A stretch of 64,000 nt of DNA from Diadema antillarum (lineage: Eukaryota): NCBI RefSeq assembly GCF_040938485.1, contig NW_027271914.1, positions 496,001-560,000 on the forward strand, given 5' to 3'. The notes under the pieces were generated by a model, which searched no databases, was not told the DNA's origin, and saw nothing but the letters and a program-made list of their open reading frames with translations. The position numbers and the translations under genes were made by a program. Below, one piece after another: positions 12,301-24,453 of this stretch (positions within the stretch are counted from its first letter, which is position 1; the number at the start of each line of letters is the position of its first letter).

Positions 12301-12514
12301 TCACCTTTTGATAATTTTCGAGACAAGTTATTTTGAAAACATTGTTTGCTGCCATTCCAGGCCCATTCTTGAGTACCTGCTGGATGACTGCAAGTCTGTG
12401 CGTGGTGGCCATCTGACTGACGAAGGCTACGCTGCCTGTCTGGCTGGGGACGACACCCTCTTCAAGAGCCCCTACGGCATGAACGACAGCCCCATCATCG
12501 CAGCGAAGATTTGA
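3343..12514 (+). CDS. ODC1: Ornithine decarboxylase (PLP-dependent fold III), 5'-partial in this window
   Basis: Exons 3343-3515, 5323-5457, 6241-6406, 7188-7365, 9033-9166, 10316-10442, 11463-11550 and 12361-12514; all junctions GT-AG with compatible phases. Motifs: IIFANPCK, MTFDNEAEL, LVLRI, KFG, SFHVGSGC (His197), LLDIGGGFPG, IIAEPGRF (Glu274/Arg277), YYVNDGVYGSFNC, FDHA (Asp332), WGPSCDG (Cys360/Asp361), MGAYT, FNGF. The exons carrying PFYAVKCN/Lys69 were not found in 1-3342. Confidence 0.96.
3961..4040 (+). repeat. 3' tail of an L2/CR1-type retroposon (SINE or LINE end) followed by (CAT)n
   Basis: GCGCCATGAGCGCC...GGCGCTATACAAG followed by a simple-repeat tail resembles L2-type 3' ends. 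Recognised by pattern only. Confidence 0.4.
5920..6012 (+). ncRNA. Intronic box C/D snoRNA, copy A
   Basis: 5' stem GATAGC (5920-5925), box C ATGATGA (5927-5933), guide TTCACTTGCCGCT, box D' CTGA (5951-5954), guide AAAACCTGGTTTTT, box D CTGA (6003-6006), 3' stem GCTATC (6007-6012). Sense strand, ODC intron 5458-6240. Confidence 0.85.
6769..6862 (+). ncRNA. Intronic box C/D snoRNA, copy B
   Basis: Stem CAGTAGC/GCTATTG (one G-U pair), box C GTGATGA (6777-6783), guide ACTCACTTGCCGCT, D' CTGA (6801-6804), guide AAAACCTGGTTTCT, D CTGA (6852-6855). ODC intron 6407-7187. Confidence 0.88.
8101..8194 (+). ncRNA. Intronic box C/D snoRNA, copy C
   Basis: Perfect 7-bp stem CAATAGC/GCTATTG, box C ATGATGA (8109-8115), D' CTGA (8133-8136), D CTGA (8184-8187). 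Four differences from copy B over 94 nt. ODC intron 7366-9032. Confidence 0.88.
10663..10919. mobile_element. MITE with ~33-bp imperfect TIRs
   Basis: CATATCGTTGCTGGGGTGACAAGACCTTGTATCT ... AGATACGAGGTCTTGTCGCCCCAGCGACGATATG. Confidence 0.7.
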
Positions 12515-14932
12515 CAGGATCCGATAAAATGACACATGAGGGAACAAACGAGTCCAGCAATTGTGGCCCAATGCCTTCTCAGTTTCATCCACCCTGTTGT
12601 CTATACACATGAAAATAGAACCATGATTATTCCTTTGTTCTCCAAGAATTGATATCCCGCCCACGGGGAAATTTGCTTCTTGTTACCTCGTCAGTTGTAG
12701 TAGACTGGACGTGAACTGTTTGACAGCTCGTAATGTAGAGAACAGTAGTTTCTTTGAAAAACTTGTTTGTTGTATATTACTCCTTTTGTCTGACTCTGTG
12801 ACATATTGGCATTAATTTCTCTAATGATTGGTGATAATGCTGTGTATAAAATGCATTTGTAGGAACTTTGAAGGAGCTCTGGAGTTGATCTAGATTGAGG
12901 TGCCTTTGCTGTATTGGTATCTCTCTTGTTAAAAAAAAAAAATCTTTGAGCCAAGTGGTGGAAGTAAAAGGGCCCATATATTGTGGTTCTTATCTTAGTA
13001 TACCATTAATACACATCACACAGGGTGTTAGTGAATATTATCCACCCGGCAGTAACTTTGGAACAGCCAGAAATACACTGGGCAGAGCAAAGTGTGTTTG
13101 GACTGTTCAAAAGTGATGGAGGGTGGTTGATTTTACTGATGCCCGACAGAGAAATGTGTATTATCTGTTTTATAGAATGATGTCATTTAAATTTTGTGGC
13201 AGCCATTTCTGGAAGATTTCCAGGCCAACACCATCTCCAAGCTAACTGAGCCACACACACAAACAGTTGCAATGAATTTGTAATACACAGGCAGTGCAGA
13301 CGAGTAGTCATTAGTACAAGTCATTAGTATACCAATGCCTGTTGAAGAATAAAGTTGGGTCAGTAGGCAAAAATAAAAAAACAGACAAAAGAACAGACGT
13401 CACATGAAAGCTCTTGGCCAATCATTTGATTACGATCCATATTACCATTTTACAAAGCAGTACGAAAAGAAAAATAAAGCACTTGGCTTAGACAATGTGT
13501 CCTACATCTTATGGAAAACATAAGAAAATAGCCTCTTTCTAAAAAAAAAAAAAATTGTGTCTTCAATTCAGAGGCATCCCACCGAGTTGTATAAATGCAT
13601 TGTATACACACTGATTATGAGGCAGCTGGCTTGTAGAGAAGCACTGTATTACTGTTTATTGCTTCTCGGTATTTAGCACATTTTGGAGGCGGTACGCATG
13701 AAAGTATTATTGAATAGTTTGTACTGAGTATTGTATTAACCATAGCTTTCACGATCATCATTTTTGTCGCGCTATTTCATTTTGGAACCAGCACCTATCG
13801 GACTGTTATTGCATCAACCCCTGGCATGGTTGTATTAGAACTAATGAACTTGTGTCGTGTGTATATAGTACAGTATTAGTGTGTAACGCATATTGCTATT
13901 AATCTACAGTAAGTATGATATAATGAGATGACTCAGTAACTGGTACAGGGCTGCATCATTGGAGTGCAGTGAGGAGTAAAGCTCCCTAACAAAGAACAAT
14001 TATTTATGTGGTTGAAGAATTTACTCAATAATCTGTAGAGAGTTTACCCAAGAAAGAAAGAATCCGTAAGGATTCATTTTTTGTTCATTTTCCCCCATCT
14101 TCCAATGAGGAATACTCCAGAGATACTTGTAACCTTAACTACGTAGGGATGTCATGGGGGTTAGGTTATCGGATGTTCTGTGTGCCGAGTGTGAATGTCT
14201 GTGTATGTATGCTTGTGTGTGCAATGAGGCTAGACATATCATTTGAACCTGAACTACGTAATTTATAGAGTTTTGATTGTAAGAGATGTTCTCTATGGGA
14301 ACCATCAAAACTGGATATTTTAGGCGCTTGCACTAGGGTTGAATTTTGGTTTGCATGCCTTAAAAAAAAAGAAAAAAAAAGTGCCAATGGTTTTATTTTC
14401 CAGGGATTTCTCTTCTGTTCAAGAGCTGAGACTGAAGTTAAATTGTCCTTCACTAAGGCCTGGTGTATGTACATGAGGGTTTTCTGATAAGTTTATAAGT
14501 TTGAATATAATGTAGGTGGGGAAAAATGAACTCTAGAAAAAAAAAAATCTGTGAAGAACCTTTAAAAGGTGTTTCATCAAATCTAGAATTTGTGAAAAAG
14601 AATGGGATCGGGAGATGAGATTTGAACCTTTGAAAGATATACCAAATACTGATGGAACATTTCAGTACATGTACAGTTTGCATTCAAAAGTTGATTTTGC
14701 TGCATCTGTAGATGAATGATAAGACTTTCTTTATTATGCTCATGTGTATTTTACATTAGTATTATGTAGTGTCATATGCATGGATGTCGGTAAAAGAGCT
14801 TATCAGCTGAAAATACAGAATTTGTTTAATCAAAGGCAGGTTATTGTCAATATTATTGATTGGTCTTGTGGGACATTAAAGTTGAATTGTATGAGGTACG
14901 TGTATTTGCAAAAATTGATCATTATTGCGTAA

Positions 14933-14938
14933 AATAAA
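14933..14938 (+). terminator. Probable ODC polyadenylation signal (3'UTR about 2.4 kb)
   Basis: AATAAA at the end of a U-rich, UTR-like stretch, followed by TTTGT/TTTTGT elements. Earlier AATAAA hexamers near 13350-13480 are possible alternative sites. Confidence 0.5.
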
Positions 14939-15065
14939 GGGGTTCATGTCACTAGCATTTGTACGATTGCTTTTGTATACATGTCAAGAATTGTCAGTGA
15001 TGAAAGAAGCTGTAAAAATACTATGATAGTGAGATGGGATCATAGGTCCACAATGTGAGGTACAG

Positions 15066-15135
15066 GTGTGTGTGTGTGTGTGTGTGTGCATGTGTACGTG
15101 CGTGCGTGTGCGTGTGTTTGTGTGTGTTTGTGTAC
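15066..15135. repeat. (GT)n microsatellite
   Basis: Direct reading of the sequence. Confidence 0.9.
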
Positions 15136-16799
15136 ATGTTGGTTATGCAGATTTTGTAGAGACACAGTACCTGAACAAAGTAAACAAATACATGTATATG
15201 GCTGACAGGCCAGTTAATGAATTTGTTTAATATATTCAAGTTTTACAATGTATATACAAAAGTATTAACAGCAATCCCAGAGCCGTGTCACACAAATCAC
15301 TGTACTACACTGTGCTGTGCACAGTGGTTGCAGTTACCATGGTAGCAGTTAGGTGCAAACCAATCAACTCTCAAGTATTAAATTAAATTAAATTAAATTA
15401 AATTCAAATCTGTTTCACATCTCTTTACATTGTTGCCATGGTAACAGTTATTTTATATATACATTGTTCATTCAAACCCCTTTCAACAATTGAAAGATTT
15501 GGGTGTACGGATTAGCTCGGAAGCAATGGTACAGCTAGAGGTGTTACATTCTCAAACACCACAAATTTGAGTCACTTAGTAAATACAGTACAGTGCACTC
15601 TCGTTATAATGAACATGGCAAAAACGAAATTCTCGTTACAACGAAGTAAAAATTCAGGTCTTAAAATTATCATCTCTATATCTTTATGCACTTTAAAATT
15701 CAGGTATAGCTACAATTTCAATATAACGAAAGAAAACCGACGGTGCCGAGGACTACGTTATAAGGGAAATGCACTGTAATGGTCGGTTGCCATGAGTTGT
15801 GATCTAAACTGGTTAGCCTGTGCAGAGGTGCAACATGATAGAAGTTATCGTGCATCTTTCTACGTGTCCAGAGACCAAGTAGTATCAGAATGCTGGAGGC
15901 TTCAACAACATCGGTCACTGAATTGGGAAATTTATTGAATTTGCAAGTTTTACCCTTTTTGTTTTTGTTTTGACGATCGATCTCGACTTGGGACCTTCTC
16001 TCTGAGAAAAGAGTCACATCTACTCTCCCACCATGGAAATCACACATGAAGTTACATATATCATAGAGTATCAACAATTGGAAGTACATGTACTTGCTGT
16101 ACTATATTATGTATAAGCTGTTATTTTCGCGAGGGCTTGCGTTCACAGTTGGATCGCGAATTTAACAACACGCGAAAATGTCGCCATGCGCTACGGTAGT
16201 GGTGCATTTACCATAGCGTGGGTGCCAATTTGCGAAAACAACATCTTGCGAAAGTGTCTGTGACCTCATTTGCAAAAATAACAGCTCATGCAGTACCTCC
16301 TTATCAAAATACATGGTCTTGTAACTGCAATGTTCATACACTAATTGATCCAGATAGATGTTTGAATCTACATTTGGTAGCCTCAGTAGTATCATTAGCT
16401 CTGGAAGAGAGCCAGCATTCTGTTACCATTAACCCCATCAGCTTGTGGGTCTGTAATATCAGGGCGGTGTTCGGGACCTATTTGGCTTTTAAACGCCGTA
16501 ACTTATTTCAGCCATATATAGCGGCCACCATACGGGGGATATCTTTCCTAACCATTGAAATTCGAGTATATGTATTTCGTTCTAAATTTACCGTTGAAAT
16601 ACAGTTTATAATTCAATGAAATGTGATTTTTTTTTCTTCGCCTCCGAATTTTATCTTAGAACGAGCATGATGGCTTCATAGCGTAAAGGAATGTTAGACA
16701 GCCAGTTGTAACGCTTTAGAACCTAGACACGTGTTTCATCCCATTTGCATGGATTACGAACAAAACACCTGTGTTGTCTATTGTCGACCCGACGAGGAT

Positions 16800-16868
16800 G
16801 AACACGGAAATCGAACCTAAGGCCTTCTGATTGTAAATCCAGAGCCTTGACCACTGCACTACTGCACT
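16800..16868 (-). mobile_element. tRNA-derived SINE head (Pol III A/B boxes)
   Basis: Minus strand reads GCAGTAGTGCAGTGGTCAAGG (A box), an anticodon-arm-like CTGGATTTACAATCAG, then GGTTCGATTTCC (B box). There is no acceptor stem, so it is not an intact tRNA. Confidence 0.5.
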
Positions 16869-17157
16869 TCCATACAAGATACATTAGATTCGTTAAAAAG
16901 GAGAGATAAGGTTATAAGTACAGCCTTGAATATGTAACAATAACTATACATAGCTGTAGACGGAAATGCACAATGTTTTGATAAAATCGCAAGAGTGTAT
17001 GTAGATAAATCGACCTCAGATGAACAGTAAAACAGCAAGACTGACTGGTAGATGAATATTAACAACATCGATAGACAGACAGACACGAATGACTAGATGT
17101 ATAGAGATAACACGGCGGGACTATACGAAGTATGGTTTTCTCAAAGCGTCATCATCA

Positions 17158-17497
17158 NNNNNNNNNNNNNNNNNNNNNNNNNNNNNNNNNNNNNNNNNNN
17201 NNNNNNNNNNNNNNNNNNNNNNNNNNNNNNNNNNNNNNNNNNNNNNNNNNNNNNNNNNNNNNNNNNNNNNNNNNNNNNNNNNNNNNNNNNNNNNNNNNNN
17301 NNNNNTAGTATTATTCTTATTATTCTTATTATTTTTATNNNNNNNNNNNNNNNNNNNNNNNNNNNNNNNNNNNNNNNNNNNNNNNNNNNNNNNNNNNNNN
17401 NNNNNNNNNNNNNNNNNNNNNNNNNNNNNNNNNNNNNNNNNNNNNNNNNNNNNNNNNNNNNNNNNNNNNNNNNNNNNNNNNNNNNNNNNNNNNNNNN
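17158..17497. other. N runs (17158-17305 and 17339-17497), flanked by (CAT)n/(TAT)n simple repeats
   Basis: The Ns abut simple repeats. A third run (19252-19422) starts exactly at the P450 exon-4 acceptor AG. This fits hard-masked low-complexity sequence or small gaps. Confidence 0.8.
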
Positions 17498-17664
17498 ACA
17501 TTGCACATGTACATGGGTAAACACAAAACACATTTGATTCAGCACAACAAAAATAAGATAAATTATAACACAGAGACAAAGCACAAATTAATGAGAGAGG
17601 AAAAAAAAAAGCAACCTAGATTGTGACATAGAAAACAGCCTTGTAATGAGTCTTCAGACTAGTA

Positions 17665-19670
17665 CTAGTCCGTCTTCTCGGGGGTAACGTCCCGTTTAAT
17701 CATGAGGACTTTCATCTGGTTGGGGCGGAGAATTTGCCCCGCTATCCATCCTTTGTCCAGAACGTCGGGGCGGTCGCCGGGGGCGAAGTCGACGAGGAAC
17801 CGCTGCATGATTCTGGTGAAGACGATGAACAGCTCATTCTTGGCGAGCTGTTCGCCGATGCACATCCGGGGACCTTGTGTGGATGACGTAAGCAAAGTTA
17901 TGAAAGATGGAGAAGAACAATATTACAGGTTCGCTCTGCGTAGATCATAAGCACGGCCATAAAGGAGGAGCTGAACAGGACAGTACATCTATTTTGCTTT
18001 AGTTTATTATTGTCCCAATTACATTGCATCGTTATTCTGCCATTTTATTGTAAATAGGCCTACGTATCTTATAACGAACTCTTTTTAGAACGAAATGTAT
18101 GTTGTCCAGATAATAGTGGTGGGTGGTCGCGAAGTTCTTGTAAGCGCCGTTTGGAAGGATCCGATGTATAGATAACGCTTAGTTCTAAACATAAACATAA
18201 TATATCTTTTTTTTTCCCGTTTAGCTATCACTTATCTCTTCGTCACTTCAGAGACATAATAGCTTTAGATCTGCGACGCGAACGCTAAGACGACGCAGCC
18301 TCCCGTGTTGAACAATTGAAACAGCTGCCTCGCGCATGTGCAGAACGGTTACAGCTCGTTATTCCGAAGGTTCGTTATTCCGAAGGCTCTTTATTCCTAA
18401 GATTCGTTATTCCGAAGGTTCATTGTTCCGAATTTCATTTTCGGATTAACCAATCTTCGGAATAACGAACCTTCGGAATAACGCCACAAATTTTCGGATT
18501 AACGGACCCTTTTTTCATTTTCGGATTAACGAACCTGTAGGTATAGGGAATTTACGTGGTTCGGATTAAGGACCCTTCGGAATAACGAACCTTCGGAATA
18601 GCGAACCTTCGGAATAACGAACAGCACCCGTGCAGAACACCATTTTAAGCCTAATTAGCGTCGTCATAATATATCTAGCGTTCGCGTCGCAAATCTAAAG
18701 CTCGCTAATAAAATGAGTGTCATAATTTCGTATACCATTTCATGTAAAGACGTGTATAATGCCGTAGGTGTACACACGTGTCACGCATAGCGTTGGCACT
18801 ATACTAAACTAAGATGTATGATTTTCAGTCGAACTTGCCTGACCTATGGATGGATTATCACATCAGTAACTGACAATGTAAGATTATTATCTCTCGAAAC
18901 TGAATATTCCCCGCAGAAAACAACATTACCTATATCCTTCATCCTCTATGCAAGCGATTACTTTACTCGAAACTTCACAAATCTCTTCCCATTTTACCCT
19001 GAAAAAAAAAATGAGAGGAATTAACAACATTCAGTTGTTGTTACTAACAATCATAAGCAACTCTCTAGAGCTTTCGACTATAATCGAGGCCTGTGACCTA
19101 CCGACGCCGAACGGGAGGAAGGCCGGCGGATCGCGGATGACTTTCGTACGGTCGCCGGACAGAAACCGGTGTGGGTTGAACAGCTCTGGGTCATGCCAAT
19201 GGTCCGGGTCGTGGTGACAGAACATGACATTGCCGAGCAGGATGGAACCCTNNNNNNNNNNNNNNNNNNNNNNNNNNNNNNNNNNNNNNNNNNNNNNNNN
19301 NNNNNNNNNNNNNNNNNNNNNNNNNNNNNNNNNNNNNNNNNNNNNNNNNNNNNNNNNNNNNNNNNNNNNNNNNNNNNNNNNNNNNNNNNNNNNNNNNNNN
19401 NNNNNNNNNNNNNNNNNNNNNNTTGTCACTGCCATTAGCTAATGGCAATGTCATCCCCCCTGCCTTGTACTGGAGGTAATTCAAATGCTCTTTTACATGC
19501 TTGATGTAGAAAAATGACTTTTACTAAGATACTTGCACACGATACAAATACACGTACGTATGTTTGCTATTAAGGGTTTCCTCCCCGGCACAGTATTGAA
19601 GAAGGAAACAAATCTACGCAAAATAAATTGATGAAGTTATTAATAGATGAGCTGACAGACATATACGTAG

Positions 19671-19702
<32 letters not shown>

Positions 19703-22700
19703 CGGAACAAGAAATAAATTATGACTAACAATATCCTTGACATAATAACTGCCCCGTCTTCAAGTTAGAGTCTCATATAAGATATAAGGCAATGTCAATG
19801 TCCCATCAGTGACACAGAGTTTATTGATATCGAAATCACACTAAATTTTGGATGAACTAACATGGAGATTGCTAATTATACTCGGCCGGGATTACACCTA
19901 CAAGTCGCAGTATTTTTGATTACCTTCGGGATAGTGTAGTCTCGCAGTACAGCCGTTTCAGATGCAGAATGCGGCACTGCTAGTGGTCCCACGGGCCTCA
20001 ATCGGAGTACTTCCATGATAGTTGCTCGAGTGAACGGCATAGCCTTTTGGTCCTGAAGACTGGGTTTTCGTCCGGCCAGAATCAGGTCTATCTCTTCCTG
20101 AACCTGTCAATATAAATGAGGTCATCGTAATGTTCCATCATCACCTTATGCTATAGTTGTATGGTAAGGAAATTTGTCTAATATCTAATGGTTAGCAGGC
20201 CTTAAATGACACTAACATTTTTTTTTCTGGTGCCCCTGTTCGGACCACTGAAATCTTTGAATTTGATATTTTGGTGGTCCCAAAAAGAGAAATGTAGTGG
20301 CCTGAAATAAAAAGGAATATAACCATTGCTAACATTTATTTTTGAATTTTAGCTGTCCGATTGGGCCACTAGAAGGCAAACTTTTTGGGAATTTGGTGGC
20401 CAGACACAGAAGTGGTGGCCCTTGGCCCCCGGCCACCGGGACACTGCTAATATCGAGCCCTGGTTAGTATACACGTGTGTATTCATGTGCATGTTCTTGG
20501 GTGTGATTGGAATGAAGTTGAAGTTTATCATCTATCTATATTTACATGTTTACATGGCATAAAACATATTATGACAAAAGACACAATCATGCATGAATAC
20601 AGGATAAAAGATACAAGAAAATGGCATGAATGCTAATCAAGTCCGATACCTGTGTGATATGCTTTAAAGCTTCCGCTATGGAAGCATTAGATGCTATATG
20701 TAAAAGGGAAACAAAAACATCTGAAGGGTTCATGGACAATTAGGATAAACCGTCTATTGCCTACAAACATACGCACAACTCACTCAGAAAAATAGGTTCA
20801 ACTTTGCAGACCATTGACACACCGGGAGCACCTTTACAGGTGCAACTTTGCATCTTTTAGACCAGAACTGTGACACTGGTTTGAAAGGTGCAAAGCTGCC
20901 CCTTACAGATGCTCCAAAGGTGACAATGGTAAAGCTGCAATTTTCTCAGAGTGCGGGAGATTCGAACAAGGGACATCGTCACTGATAATCCTTGGTCTTA
21001 TCCACTGAGCTACAACAGCTACAACCCAACTCCTCCCCCCCCCCCACCCGTAGATCCACCATGCACTGCTTTAAAGGCCACCCAAGGGAGACGACAAAGT
21101 GGCCGTTACAGACAGTTGGCCGCCATCAGACAGGGTCATTAACATGATTTTTCGGGGGTGGGGTGTTTAGTATAGTCGTATACTGCAGGTGGCCGCTTAG
21201 GCAGGTCGTGACTGTAAATGATGTGTTTACCGTGGTAGGATAATTTGCTGAACCCCTTCAATGTGCTATTGTAGCCGGCGTATACACACCTGTTTCTGCA
21301 CCTGCTGATGGTGAGCCATAATTAACACGGCCCAACACAAGGTATTGGACGTGGTGTCAGTCCCGGCCAACATGACGTCGTACAACACTCGCCAAATATC
21401 TTCCGTTGGAATCTGCCTCCTCTCCGGGAGGCTTGCCCCCTCCTTCTCCTCATCCGAGGAAGCGATGATTCGCTCGATGATGGTACTGCCCTCACCGTTG
21501 CTTGCAGTCGCATCCAGTCGTTTCTCCACGGCCGTGGTCATGGTCCGTTTCATCACCTCGTAAGCCTTCCTCATCGGCCTCGTGCTGGGCAGTAAGTACA
21601 GGAAAGGCAGATACCGTATTCTGTCCGTTAAAGCGGTCGACAACGAGTGTCCCATGATCGTATCGATGGCATCGATTATTTCGAGTAACTTGGGGTCCTC
21701 GTACTCCAGTCGGTGGCCGTAAGCCAAGGCGTAGATGATGTTGGCTACGGACTGCGTGATCTTGTTGCGCGGGTCGCAGGAGATGGGACCAAAGTTGGCG
21801 AGCTCGTCGATGAGTTGATCGGCCTCGAGGCTGATGATGCTCTCCATCCGTCGTCCCCAGGAGCCAACGTTCTTGAGACACGGGCCAACCACCCGACGAG
21901 TGGTCTTCCACGACTGGGCGTGACTTCCAAGCAGTCGATGAGCTTTTTTATCGGTTACCATGGTGATAATCAATACGACAAGAAAAATACACATAGGCCT
22001 AAATCAACAACATGACACGTGCTGTAATCTAATCGAATCTATTTTAGTAACCTAAACTTTTGCGTCATCGTGTTAATGGTGAAAACGACAAAAATATGAC
22101 AGATCAGCGTATCAATTAAGTGTATATCACATCACACGTATTGCTACTTTTTCTAATCTAATCTAATCTAATCTAATCTAATCTAATCTAATCTAATCTA
22201 ATCTAATCTAATCCTTAGCAGGACTTGGTACAATGAAATACCATAATGATATTAAACAAAACAGTGTTTTCATAATGTGATTGACTGCATGCATAATAAT
22301 GATAGGCATCACGTTACAGTTAATGGGTACTATTTTCGTCAGAGCGCATGGTCGTGCATGCATTATCAGTAGAAATCAGTGTTACGCGTTATACTAAACC
22401 AATAACATGTTGTGTATGTTTGTCATTGATTATGCCTTCTAAGCTAAAACTATGCATTACAAACTGACCAATAAGCTCCTGCGTAATCGTCGGTAAAAAA
22501 AAATAAAAAGAAAGAAATCATTCTTGGATTTATTACAGTTATTGTGTGCATGTAACCTTATAGTGCTTTCGAAATCATTGCATTGAATTCATAACAGCAT
22601 AACAATAGTGCACGGCGCTGATCATAAACAACCACAGCAGTGTCAATATATAGGCCCTACATGTAAAAGAGAGAGGGATATATATATATCTCAAATGAAA

Positions 22701-23191
22701 GTATAGATAACTCGAATTACGTCTTTGTATGAATTTCATGTCCTCATGATCCACAGATCAGTTTTATTAGTGACAAACTGGCTATGGCGCTCTAATCAAG
22801 GGAACAAACCATTGCGTCCGCCGTACATGCACTCGTACATGGCTGGGCCCCTCCTGTCATTGAAGACATCTTTCTTCTTGATAAAAGCCTCCTGGATGAT
22901 CTCGGGGTCGTTCAGGACAACGACGAAATCTCGGCCTTTTCGGAAGCTGAAGATCTTTCCGAATTCCTTGGCGAGTTGTGCGAAGAGTTCGTCATGCCTT
23001 TCCCCTCCGGGCGAACGACGAAGAAGCCCTGCAAATAATTTGAGCTGCAGAAACCACGGACCAGGAGGTAGGCGAAAGCATAGTTGAAGTTCTCTCACGA
23101 TCACGAAGACGGCGACGGCAATGATAAAACTAAGCAGCAGCTTTGTCAGGTCGCTTAGATTCCATGAGTCAACGGTGACCGTGAGAGCCAT
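17665..23191 (-). CDS. Cytochrome P450, CYP2 clan (microsomal), about 523 aa
   Basis: Exons (minus) 23191-22810, 21942-21290, 20103-19924, 19249-19102 and 17873-17665; phases 1/0/0/1 are compatible. N-terminal TM helix plus LPPGP; C-helix WKTTRR; I-helix AGTDTT; K-helix EVLR; PHRF (PERF); heme motif FGVGPRMCIG spans exons 4-5. An alternative in-frame ATG lies at 23203. The exon-2 acceptor is atypical (see findings). Subfamily cannot be assigned by eye. Confidence 0.93.
18261..18702. mobile_element. MITE with ~27-bp TIRs that hosts a nested insertion
   Basis: AGCTTTAGATCTGCGACGCGAACGCTA ... TAGCGTTCGCGTCGCAAATCTAAAGCT. Confidence 0.75.
18347..18629. mobile_element. Foldback/Mutator-like element made of 16-bp TTCGGAATAACGAACC units, with 9-bp TSD
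   Basis: Direct repeat GTGCAGAAC at 18338-18346 and 18630-18638. The left arm carries GTTATTCCGAAGGTTC units and the right arm carries their reverse complement. Confidence 0.75.
19668..19701. repeat. (TAGA)n microsatellite
   Basis: Direct reading of the sequence. Confidence 0.9.
22152..22213. repeat. (TCTAA)n pentanucleotide microsatellite
   Basis: Direct reading of the sequence. Confidence 0.9.
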
Positions 23192-24453
23192 TGCAAAATA
23201 CATGTCGTCGTCCTTATACAACGACAACGAGAATATAATCTTGGTTATGGTAGCAGACGTCTCAAAAACAAAATGTTAAGTCTTCTTCTCTTTTTTTTTT
23301 CAGAAAGAAATTGTATCCCACCAAACAAAAAGCTGCTTAATTCTAAATATGTCTCTCTCTGAATGTTGTCAGGAATAGTGTTTGATGAACGCGAAACCTG
23401 CTTACGATGCAAGCAAAGCAAACTTCACTGTGGTGAATTAGCGGAGGCAGAATGTCATCTATAGTTATTGTGACGTCCTCCAACAAAAGCAGACAATGAG
23501 AGGATAATGTTAAACAGCCAAGAATGATTCTGCCATCATGGCCATATAATCTTTGAAAATACTGTGAACAATGTCTGTTTCTGTTTTTGCATACGTTCAC
23601 TTTTCCTGTTTACTTCATGTTCACGGCAATCAGCACGGCCACGGAAAATGAACCAGACAAAGGCCGCAACTTCCGTTACTTAATTAATATAAAGAAGTAC
23701 AAGATATATGATGACACAGCAACATCAAAAACAACATCTAAATGTCATGACTGTGTACTGTGGATGTGTCTAACATGATTCAAATAAAAAGAGTTTGCAC
23801 GATCACTGAATTCGTGTACAAAGTCATGCGTTTCTTTGGATGAATGCAGAGATCAAACGAATCCTAGGACTATAGGAATAGTCCCACCAATCATCCGTGC
23901 GAGGTTTTTACTGCTTTGTATTGCTTCTGTTCTCAACATCGAACATAGAGATATCGATGATCATACGTGGGTATTGGTGTAATGGGTATGCCAGTATTCC
24001 CACTAATCGGTCTTCTGGACAGTATCATCCTAGAAAGTGTATAAAGCTGCATGTGATACCTCTTTTTTTATTGTTATTATTCTATATCCTGACCATTCCC
24101 GGCTGAATCAAGAGATCGCCTTGTTTCGTCGTGAATTGTTTTCACAATAACTGTGCAGTCACTGATTGTGATTTGTAATATAATTTTCTCATATTTTTCG
24201 CACACTGTTTCAGAGTAAGCGTGAGCAGTAACGGCAGACGACATGTGTGTCTCACCATTAAGCAGCGTTACATGATATGGATGTCCACGAGAGTTCACTT
24301 TGTCATTTTGTGACACGAAGTTCGTCATGTTTTTGAGGTTTGCTTCATTGGTATTTATTCGAAGGAGCATGCATTTGAGTATGAAAAGTCGTAGATATAT
24401 AACATATCGCTCTCTTTTGTCTTACTTTCACGTGTCTTTCTTTACATGTTTGA

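Noticed and set aside
3343-12514. The gene could be an antizyme inhibitor or another fold-III decarboxylase rather than ODC
   Set aside because: His197, Glu274, Arg277, Asp332, Cys360, Asp361, Tyr389 and Phe397 equivalents are intact, and the specificity-loop spacing is ODC-type. The variants (WGPSCD for WGPTCD, Phe for Tyr331) are conservative. Lys69 could not be checked because it is not in the window.
12512-12532. Stop-codon readthrough at ODC (UGA-C context)
   Set aside because: Readthrough would add only the residue decoded at UGA plus QDPIK before a second UGA, and there is no CUAG motif or other support.
23340-24400. Possible decayed transposase coding sequence upstream of the P450
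   Set aside because: All frames are interrupted and no domain motif was recognisable; a protein-level repeat search would be needed.
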